A stretch of 64,000 nt of DNA, taken from Mytilus edulis. Taxonomy: Eukaryota. The position numbers and the translations under genes are program-made. Below the pieces are notes generated by a model, which saw nothing but the letters and a program-made list of their open reading frames with translations, searched no databases and had not been told where the DNA came from. Shown here piece by piece: positions 1 to 7,688 of this stretch (position 1 is the stretch's first letter; the number at the start of each line of letters is the position of its first letter). The stretch spans positions 5,022,001 through 5,086,000 of the forward strand of contig NC_092348.1 in NCBI RefSeq assembly GCF_963676685.1, written 5' to 3'.

Positions 1-134
1 TATTTTATTTCTTTAGCCGTGGATTATAAAATATCATATGTTGAATATTGTTTTTATTTCGCCCCCAATTTATTATTGTGAAAAAAACTATCTCGCCCCC
101 AAATTTATTATTGTTTAAATCTAATTCTTTGTAG

Positions 135-368
135 GTTCGCTTTCTATCGGATGAAAAAATTAAAGAAATCCACCCCATGATAGTTTGGTCGTTTGCAAAC
201 CGTGAGGCACGAAAGGGGCATTGGATGACATACGCCATTGATGCCGATCGATTCAGGCGACGTATTTTTACAATGGAGAAGATATGTACCCCAATTTTAT
301 CCCAAGACCACAGACAAAGGGTGTATAAAAACTTACGATCTTCAGATATTATAACCCCCAATTCGTAG
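135..368 (+). CDS. Terminal exon of a PPP1R15/GADD34/ICP34.5/DP71L-like PP1 regulatory protein (eIF2alpha phosphatase recruiter)
   Basis: Acceptor TTCTTTGTAG at 125-134 with a CTAAT branch-like motif at 121-125. The frame then reads VRFLSDEKIKEIHPMIVWSFANREARKGHWMTYAIDADRFRRRIFTMEKICTPILSQDHRQRVYKNL. This matches the GADD34 C-terminal pattern [K]VRF...VW...AR.G.W....D..RF.RRI......P.L....R.R. Confidence 0.85.
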   Translation, partial: VRFLSDEKIKEIHPMIVWSFANREARKGHWMTYAIDADRFRRRIFTMEKICTPILSQDHRQRVYKNLRSSDIITPNS

Positions 369-466
369 ATTTTCAGCCCCCTAGCACCTGTTCTCTCAGA
401 TCATTATAAATACACGTCTGGAATTGTTCAGGGTATCAGAATAAGAAATACAATCCAATCGTCAAC

Positions 467-1282
467 ATGCAGGAAGAGCACAGACAGTCCTTAAAGAGAA
501 ATTACGTGCAATTGGTAAAAGAAACACCAACAGATCTTGTTGTTGATCATTTGTACCAGAATGGGATCCTGACAGATGAGATGAGGGAAGAAATTTTACA
601 GAATTCAAACTCTTATTCGAAAACTAGACAACTCATTACAACACTTCAGAGAAGGGGCCCAAGGGCATTTGAATGTTTTTGTACAGCACTGACTGATGAA
701 GGCAAGTCAAGTTTAGTACATCTTTTGAAAGAGTCAAAGATTAAATCAGAAGTATCAAAAGATAGAGCCATGTTACCTATAGGAGGAGATATATTTGTCG
801 TCGTCAATGAATGGCGTGACAAGGTGTTGATTCACATCCGTAAATACGAAAAGAATTCAGCAGACGTGTATGTTCCTACAAAAAAGGGAATCGCACTGGA
901 TCTGAACCAATGGCAGCTATTAGAAATGTATGTTAACGAAATCGAAGAGGCTATAAGTCAGATGATTGATGACGTTACAGGGGTTCCTGAAATGACTTTT
1001 CATCTTGGTAGAGGTGTGTACGTTTCTGTTAACAAAACGTACCCAACAGTTGATGTCAGACAACGCTGGAAGATACCTGAAACCAATCAGATAGTTTCAA
1101 CAAAGAAGGGCATTTCTCTCACATATGACAAGTGGGAAGCGTTGAAAGGGACATTTCCTGACGTCAGAGAGACTGTTCCTGAAATAGAAACTACGACCCC
1201 TTGTATTTTATCAGAAGACCATCAAAACCAAGAAGGGATGCTCATGTGTTCAAACTGTAACCCATTTGCCGAACCTTTATGA
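467..1282 (+). CDS. CARD - PC4 - PC4 fusion protein with C-terminal Cys/His cluster
   Basis: aa 1-88 is a CARD-type death fold (LKRNYVQLV...VVDHLYQNGILT...LITTLQRRGPRAFECFCTAL). Two PC4/Sub1-like repeats follow (VVVNEWRDKVLIHIRKY..PTKKGIAL..QW; VSVN..TVDVRQRW..TKKGISL..KW). The C-terminus carries C..H..CxxC. TATA-like TATAAAT at ~405. Confidence 0.85.
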   Translation: MQEEHRQSLKRNYVQLVKETPTDLVVDHLYQNGILTDEMREEILQNSNSYSKTRQLITTLQRRGPRAFECFCTALTDEGKSSLVHLLKESKIKSEVSKDRAMLPIGGDIFVVVNEWRDKVLIHIRKYEKNSADVYVPTKKGIALDLNQWQLLEMYVNEIEEAISQMIDDVTGVPEMTFHLGRGVYVSVNKTYPTVDVRQRWKIPETNQIVSTKKGISLTYDKWEALKGTFPDVRETVPEIETTTPCILSEDHQNQEGMLMCSNCNPFAEPL

Positions 1283-1352
1283 AGGACGAGGTATAAAAGC
1301 GTTAAACCTGTCTGAGTGATCCATTGCGTCTCCTGTTGGTTCAGAACACAAC

Positions 1353-1862
1353 ATGAATTCAAGAGAAATATCGTTCGAGTCTGTAGAACGAAACGAACCT
1401 TTAATGCTTAATATGGGGCGTAAAATGCCTTCTCAGTTAAGTTTGGCGTCCAACATTTCCTCCATGTATGAAAAATATGCAATGCATTTAGACGTGATTA
1501 AATGGACTGGTGTCGTTGTACTTGTTGCTCTGATGTCATCAAGTTTAGCTGTAACCAGTGAAATGTCCCGGAGAGTATCCAATAACCAGACAGACTGTAA
1601 AAGGATTTCGATAGATCATACGAACAGAAATATGATGATGATAAACAATAGGACATGTAGATATTTTGAACAGTTTGATCTCCCGGGAAACTATAAAGTC
1701 ACTGTATGTTCAATCAGAAAACAAGTCTGGGTGGATGTTAAACATTTTAAAAAGTGCGGTATACAGTTCAACCCTAAACAATGGAAATATTGGCAGAGAT
1801 TGAAACCAAATATAAACAGTGCTATGAAAAGAGCTGGTGAAGAACTAAGACAAAAGACATGA
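1353..1862 (+). CDS. Predicted single-pass membrane protein with C-terminal PC4-like domain
   Basis: Hydrophobic segment VIKWTGVVVLVALMSSSLAV, then FDLPGNYKVTVC..KQVWVDVKHF..GIQFNPKQW resembling PC4. TATAAAA at ~1292, AATAAA at ~1906. Confidence 0.6.
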   Translation: MNSREISFESVERNEPLMLNMGRKMPSQLSLASNISSMYEKYAMHLDVIKWTGVVVLVALMSSSLAVTSEMSRRVSNNQTDCKRISIDHTNRNMMMINNRTCRYFEQFDLPGNYKVTVCSIRKQVWVDVKHFKKCGIQFNPKQWKYWQRLKPNINSAMKRAGEELRQKT

Positions 1863-2090
1863 TAAATTTGATTGATTATGATTATTTATGTATTTTTTTA
1901 TATTATAATAAATAAATTTTGAAAAAAAAGATCAAATGTTTTGTATTTATTGAAACTGTTACGAAAGCTTTGTTTCATTCGGTATAAAAGACAACTGCAG
2001 TCACAAAAAAAACGGAAATCTGCAACCGGAAATTACGAAAAAAACAAAATCGTTATAAATAACAGGTTCACATAAAGTGTATTATTCGAT

Positions 2091-3225
2091 ATGAGTTCGT
2101 TAAACTACGAGGACTATTTGCAAAAAATATGGCATGACCCTAAACATGCTGCTGCCTTTACGGGTTCTGACAAATTATATAACATAGTGAAACAAGAAGG
2201 AAAAATTAAAATAGGAAGGCACAAAATAAAGCAATGGCTACAAGACCAGGACACCTATAGTCTATCACGAAATAATGTACACAAATTTAAAAAAAGTCGA
2301 TATGTTGTGGATACAATAGATAGTCTCTGGGAATGGACTTAGCCCAACTAGATAAATTCCAAACCTTCAACTCGGGAAACAAATTCTTATTATTTGTTAT
2401 TGATTGTTTTTCAAAGTTTCTATGGATACAACCAATTGTGGATAAAACCCACACCAGTGTACTAAATGCCTTGAAAACAATTATGAGTGGAAAAAGGAAG
2501 CCTACCTCCATTCGATCAGACTTAGGAAAAGAATTTAAAAACCAATACGTACGGAAGTATCTTTCGAGCCAGGGGGTAAACACGTATTATTCTCTTAACG
2601 ATACGAAATGTGCAATTGTCGAGAGAAGCATTCGAACTGTTAAGTCGATTTTATTCAGGTATTTCAGACACAACCAAACGTATAAATACGTAAATGTCCT
2701 ACAAGATATGGTCAAGGGGTATAACGCAAGACCGCATCGTACACTTGGTGGTTTCTCACCGGTTGATGTGACTAAACGCAATGCAGATGAAGTTCGTTTA
2801 AGTGCGTATCTTGCCCGAAATCCTAAGAAAAGGGAAAAGAAAGTTATTAAAAAAACAGAGATCAAAAGAAGGAAAAAAGCTTTAGGTATAAAATAAATGA
2901 TCTTGTCCGACTTACATTCAAAAGTCATCCATTTCAACGTGGCTATCTACAGAAATGGACAGAGGAGATATTCAAGATTTCTCGTCGGTATTTTCGACAA
3001 AATCTTAGTCTGTATAAGGTCGTTGACCTTCAAAATGACGAAATAGAAGGGACCTTCCAAGATAGTGAAGTTCAGAAAGTACGGAAGGATGGCGATACCA
3101 TATGGAAAATAGAAAAAGTTGTTAAAAGACGACAAAAAAATGGCGTTAAACAGGTATTGGTTCGTTGGCTTGGCTACCCTAAAAAGTTCGACTCATGGGT
3201 TCCCGCTTTGGACATCCAGAAGTAA
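2091..3225 (+). pseudogene. Polinton retroviral-like (DDE) integrase with C-terminal chromodomain-like region; two frameshifts
   Basis: LWE/MDL, VIDCFSK, IRSDLGKEF and CAIVERSIRT motifs. The third frame reads FRYKINDLVRL...WTEEIFKI...WKIEKVVKRR...LVRWLGYPKKFDSWV, with a stop at 3223-3225. Frameshifts near 2333 and ~2880, the latter in an A-rich tract. Confidence 0.9.
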
Positions 3226-3270
3226 ATAAATAACACGACTTCATTTAACACAACGTCATTTTCGTTCAAG

Positions 3271-3732
3271 ATGAGTATACGTATGGTTCTCAAGTCATCC
3301 GATGGTTCCGATTTGTTTGAAAAGAACATGGCTCACGACTTCACTGTACAATTGGATAGGCAAATAAATCTTGAAGCATACTGGGTAGTGGCATTGACAG
3401 AAATCGATCTCACTTATAAAAGCTCGTCAAAATATATAGACGATGTTTACGTCTATTCAAACATTTGTGAAGAGAGTTTTGTCGGATCTTCTGAGAAACC
3501 AATCCTTCGAAAAATTTACATCAGTAAAGACGCAACGGAGGCACATGTTATTAACAAGAAAAAACACTACAGGTCACATATCATCTTTAACACTCCTTAT
3601 TATGTTCCTGTACGTTTGGGACAATTGAACCAAGTTCACATCTATTTAAAAGACGACAAGGGACAACCGTGTTCAGTTGTCAATTTGGACGCCTGTGTAA
3701 CACTTCACTTAAAGAAGTATTCCTTTCTGTAG
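3271..3732 (+). CDS. Polinton minor capsid protein (penton, single jelly-roll)
   Basis: N-terminus MVLKSS..LF..N...DFTVQL...INL...WVVALTEI and later YVYSNICEES.VG...PILR...YYVPV..VTLHLK, typical of Polinton pentons. Confidence 0.8.
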   Translation: MSIRMVLKSSDGSDLFEKNMAHDFTVQLDRQINLEAYWVVALTEIDLTYKSSSKYIDDVYVYSNICEESFVGSSEKPILRKIYISKDATEAHVINKKKHYRSHIIFNTPYYVPVRLGQLNQVHIYLKDDKGQPCSVVNLDACVTLHLKKYSFL

Positions 3733-3734
3733 AG

Positions 3735-4217
3735 ATGTCTAAATCTCCTTACATCAGTGATGCATTGGTATGGCAAGAGACCATGAATCAAGCCAAACAT
3801 TTAAAAAAAAACCACAATAATCAATTAGGAAAGGGTTTTCCTAGACGTTACAGCAGACATCGATTTGTCATTCTGAAGAAAAACTTACCTAAAATTGAAA
3901 CCAAGGTGGAGCAAATAGCCCCAACAGTGGCAATCGAAGAACGTGCTGCTTCAGAACTGAAACAACAGAAGAACGACAAAGACCCTCACGTCCTACAGGG
4001 AAAAAAGGCTAAATCTGACGGTATAAAAGGCAGGAAATCAAAACCAAAAAACAGTAAAGTTGGAAAGCTCAAAGAGGCAACAGGTAAAAAACAGAAAGCT
4101 AAAAACAGTGCACCGAGCAAGAAAAAACGGGCTACAAGGAATAAACCTCGGAAAATAGATTTCGAAACTGAACCTTCCATTTTTAATAGAGGAGCAGCAA
4201 AGAAATGGCGTATTTAA
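3735..4217 (+). CDS. Lys/Arg-rich putative virion core / DNA-condensing protein
   Basis: ATG at 3735 just after the penton stop; strongly basic C-terminal half; QLGKG candidate protease site; located between the penton and capsid genes. Confidence 0.6.
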   Translation: MSKSPYISDALVWQETMNQAKHLKKNHNNQLGKGFPRRYSRHRFVILKKNLPKIETKVEQIAPTVAIEERAASELKQQKNDKDPHVLQGKKAKSDGIKGRKSKPKNSKVGKLKEATGKKQKAKNSAPSKKKRATRNKPRKIDFETEPSIFNRGAAKKWRI

Positions 4218-5524
4218 ACGACGAAAATAAAGACATTAGCATTCCGATGGAGTTGGATTTGTTTGAAGAACCAAAAAATCAAGTAGCTATTGATCGGATA
4301 TTTTTTTCGGAAACTAGGCCAATGTCAAACTTTACTTCGCCAGATGTATCTACAGTAGATTTTTTCGTTTCTGGACAAGGTCCCGAATACATGGATTTAA
4401 GACGGAGTAGATTATATGTTCGTGCAAAACTTGTCAAGGCCGATGGAACGGCACTTGACGATACCGATACGTCGAGTATTGTAAATTTGCCTCTTCAAGC
4501 TATGTGGACACAAATGGATGTGTATATGAACAATAAACTAGTGTCTTTAAATACGTCAAACTACCCATGGAAAGCCTATATTAACACTATTCTTACCAGT
4601 GGGACCGATGAACAGAAATCACAACTTCAGTCACAATTGTTCATGAAAGATTCCGGTGATTTAGCGAATACGGATGGAAAAAACGGAGCTAACACTGGAT
4701 TGATTCTTCGTCGAGATTTTATCAAGAACAGTAGAGAATTTGAAATGGAGGGACCGCTGTTTGAAGACATATTTTCACTGGATCGCCATTTAATACAAGG
4801 CGTCGATTTGTATATAAAACTTTACCGTAGTAGCGACCAGTTTTTTGTCATTTCGGGTGAAGACGCCCCCGCCTACAAGTTACAGTTGTTAGATTGTGTT
4901 TATAAGGCATGCAAAATTAAAGTCGATCCTGGCATTATTGTTAACCATATGAAACAGATAGAAACCAAACCAGTCCGTTACTATTTTCAAAGGACAGAAG
5001 TGAAACGAAACACTATCAATAAAGACTCAAGGGAGTTTATTTGGGACAATATGTTCAACATCCGCCCAAGTACTCTGGTCTTAGGGTTGATCTCACAAGA
5101 AAGCGGAAATGGAACGTACGATACTAACCCTTTCTGTTTCAACCATTACAATGCAACTGATGTAGGACTGTACGTAAACGGAGAGAGCGTTCCAGCGAGA
5201 CCGTTAAAACTTGACTTTGGGGATAATAGACAGTATGCAACGGCATACGCTAATCTATTTGAGGTCTGTGAAAAAATGAATAGAGACGCAGGACTCACCA
5301 TTACTAGAGAAGACTATGGAAAAGGGTACACCTTGTATGCTTTTCCATTGGACCCGAAAGGACTTGGAGATGACTATATAAACTTGGTGAAGCATGGGAA
5401 CGTGAGAGCTGAAATAAAATTCAAGACGGGACTACCCTCTGCTGTCACGTGCATAGCGTTTGGAGTATTCGATTCATTTCTAGAGATAGACCATTCCCGA
5501 AACGTTCGCTATATACAGTCATGA
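4205..5524 (+). CDS. Polinton major capsid protein (double jelly-roll)
   Basis: 439 aa with ELDLF..P..Q, YMDL..SRLYV, NYPWKAYI.T.L, NPFCFNHYN and GYTLYAF.L motifs characteristic of Polinton MCP. Confidence 0.92.
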   Translation: MAYLNDENKDISIPMELDLFEEPKNQVAIDRIFFSETRPMSNFTSPDVSTVDFFVSGQGPEYMDLRRSRLYVRAKLVKADGTALDDTDTSSIVNLPLQAMWTQMDVYMNNKLVSLNTSNYPWKAYINTILTSGTDEQKSQLQSQLFMKDSGDLANTDGKNGANTGLILRRDFIKNSREFEMEGPLFEDIFSLDRHLIQGVDLYIKLYRSSDQFFVISGEDAPAYKLQLLDCVYKACKIKVDPGIIVNHMKQIETKPVRYYFQRTEVKRNTINKDSREFIWDNMFNIRPSTLVLGLISQESGNGTYDTNPFCFNHYNATDVGLYVNGESVPARPLKLDFGDNRQYATAYANLFEVCEKMNRDAGLTITREDYGKGYTLYAFPLDPKGLGDDYINLVKHGNVRAEIKFKTGLPSAVTCIAFGVFDSFLEIDHSRNVRYIQS

Positions 5525-5991
5525 ATGGGAACGAACTAGAATGTGCTATCCGATCCAATTCGTGTATACAAATGCAGGTGAAAGGAGTATTTGCAAGGAA
5601 CAATTTACCAACAGGAAAAATACATTACCCCAGTGCCTACATCGTCAACAACCATACGAGTGATCTGCCAGGGGAACATTGGATGGCAATTGTGTTAGAA
5701 AGTAAATCACATGGGGTGTTTTTCGACAGTTTTGGAAAACCACCGGAATTCTATGGAGAAGAATTAAAACATTTTCTGAACTGTTACGTGAAACAATACG
5801 AGTGTTTTAATGTACAAGTGCAACCAAAGTCGTCTTCTCATTGTGGATTGTTTGTGTTAACTTTTCTCATGTTGAATCTATGTTTTAAATATTCATTAAA
5901 TAGTATTGTCAATATTTTCGATTCAAACGTTTATGCTAACGACCATTTTGTATTTAATTTTGTCAACACTTATTATAGTTTGTGTCAATAA
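5521..5991 (+). CDS. Adenain-like cysteine maturation protease
   Basis: PGEHW (catalytic His), FFDSFG (Asp) and QVQ..SSHCG (Gln/Cys). ATG at 5521 overlaps the capsid stop (ATGA). Confidence 0.92.
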   Translation: MNGNELECAIRSNSCIQMQVKGVFARNNLPTGKIHYPSAYIVNNHTSDLPGEHWMAIVLESKSHGVFFDSFGKPPEFYGEELKHFLNCYVKQYECFNVQVQPKSSSHCGLFVLTFLMLNLCFKYSLNSIVNIFDSNVYANDHFVFNFVNTYYSLCQ

Positions 5992-6035
5992 AATATATCA
6001 TGCGTCCATCGTGTTAAATTATCTGTCCTGTGTCA

Positions 6036-6737
6036 AATGCTCTCATACCTTATCCGGACGTCAAGATGACAACTTCTCGCGATATTTTACCTTTTCAAAG
6101 TCCTTGCACTTTCATGATATCGGGAGCGACTCAAAGTGGAAAGACTACATTTGTAATGAAATTACTAAGGCAAGCATCTGTCATGTTTAATACCCCACCG
6201 GTTCAAATAGTTTACTGTTATACGGAGTTTCAACCCATTTTTGACCAAGCTCAACAAACTATACCCAATTTGTTACTGTACGAGGGCTTCCCCACAAGAA
6301 GTGACATTATAGAATGGACCAACCCGGACAAGCACACAGTCCTTGTACTGGATGACATGATGAGATTGATCAGTAAGAGTGACGAGGCTTTACACCTGTC
6401 AACCGCGCTATCACATCACAGGAACTGTTCGGTAATTTTCATAACCCAAAATCTGTTTGAAAAAGGAACACATTTCAGATCGATAAGTTTGAATACCCAT
6501 ATTTTTGTACTTATGGCCAATAACAGAGATAAAAAACAACTTCTCGCCTTTGCAAGTCAGGCATTTCCCGGTGAGACGAAATATTTCAAAGAGGCCTATG
6601 ATAAAGCCATCAGTTATGTTTCAGTTGGGGGATATCTGGTATGCGACTTATCCCCTTATACGGATAAAAAGTACCGCTTGCGTACTTCGATATTTCCAAC
6701 TGATGACGTCACCATTGTATATGCCCCAAAGAAATAA
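6036..6737 (+). CDS. A32-like genome packaging ATPase
   Basis: Walker A GATQSGKT, Walker B LVLDD, and HHRNCSVIFITQN..RSISLNTH. The start codon is uncertain (6030-6066). Confidence 0.92.
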   Translation, partial: NALIPYPDVKMTTSRDILPFQSPCTFMISGATQSGKTTFVMKLLRQASVMFNTPPVQIVYCYTEFQPIFDQAQQTIPNLLLYEGFPTRSDIIEWTNPDKHTVLVLDDMMRLISKSDEALHLSTALSHHRNCSVIFITQNLFEKGTHFRSISLNTHIFVLMANNRDKKQLLAFASQAFPGETKYFKEAYDKAISYVSVGGYLVCDLSPYTDKKYRLRTSIFPTDDVTIVYAPKK

Positions 6738-6779
6738 AACCGGAGACAAGCACACCTACACCACCAGTTCACAAGAAAG

Positions 6780-7097
6780 ATGCCGTCAAGGATCACCTCA
6801 TACAGTACGTTTCTGAAATTCGTATATGATGCTAACCCTAGACAACAGAAAGTGTTAATTCAGGCAGCTTCGAATGATCAAATCGATATCATATCGGAAA
6901 TAGCATTAAATATATACAGAGGAAGCTTACCGGTGAACCCCTCTCATATAAGAAAGCTTAGATCTTACATCCTTCACATTCGTTCCTTGTCATCCCGATC
7001 GATCACATACACACGGAAAAGGAATATTTTAGTGAGACATCCTACTCTGACTTGCCTTTTGATTAAACCGGTTTTGTCACTTCTAAACGAACAGTAA
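6780..7097 (+). CDS. Small conserved Polinton protein of unknown function
   Basis: ASNDQIDIISEIALNIYRG.LP pattern resembles small ORFs seen in animal Polintons. Stop/start overlap TAATG with the next ORF. Confidence 0.65.
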   Translation: MPSRITSYSTFLKFVYDANPRQQKVLIQAASNDQIDIISEIALNIYRGSLPVNPSHIRKLRSYILHIRSLSSRSITYTRKRNILVRHPTLTCLLIKPVLSLLNEQ

Positions 7098-7618
7098 TGG
7101 CACAAGAGCTCATACTCGTGTCTAGGGAAAGATACGAACGTCTCATGAATCAACCAGAAACTCACCATCAAACAGACTTGGGTGAAAAGGACAGATTGAA
7201 AAACGACCACGACGAAAAACCCATAGCTAACTTTATGCCAATGATAGATCGTTCTTTACCCCAAAAAGTAAAGAAACGCGCGAACGATCTTTACAGATTC
7301 GTTTTAGCTCAAGACAACAACCTGTTGAATCATAATGAACAAGGCGAATTATTAGTAAACGGGAAAACAATGACTGGCTCGCACATTGTAGATCTTATTC
7401 ACCACGTCGTGTCAACACTCCATAGAAAAAAACCAATTGGAAGTTCGGAGTTTCAAGCCATTTTGAGAAAACTGAATGTACCAAAGAGATTATTTGCAGA
7501 ACGGAGGAAAAAACCTTTAACACAGACGGGAGGCTTATTCGTACAGGGGAAGGGAAGGAGAGACGTCATTCCTGGCATATCACATAAAAAAGAACAGATT
7601 CGTTGGATAAAATACTAA
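7097..7618 (+). CDS. Conserved Polinton protein of unknown function
   Basis: HNEQGELLVNG..MTGSHIVDLIHHV motif resembles ORFs of animal Polintons. Ends in W..Y just before the convergent polyA region. Confidence 0.65.
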   Translation: MAQELILVSRERYERLMNQPETHHQTDLGEKDRLKNDHDEKPIANFMPMIDRSLPQKVKKRANDLYRFVLAQDNNLLNHNEQGELLVNGKTMTGSHIVDLIHHVVSTLHRKKPIGSSEFQAILRKLNVPKRLFAERRKKPLTQTGGLFVQGKGRRDVIPGISHKKEQIRWIKY

Positions 7619-7688
7619 CTTTATTTTTACAACATATACGATATTTTTTATTCAATAAAATCATCGTGTAATAGTCTTTTTCTTTTTT
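7619..7688. terminator. Convergent polyadenylation region between the structural gene block and pPolB
   Basis: 70-bp AT-rich gap with AATAAA on the plus strand (~7654) and TTTATT (minus-strand AATAAA) at ~7620 and ~7647. Confidence 0.6.

Noticed and set aside
5-361. 118-aa minus-strand ORF
   Set aside because: Antisense shadow of the PPP1R15-like exon; no recognisable motifs.
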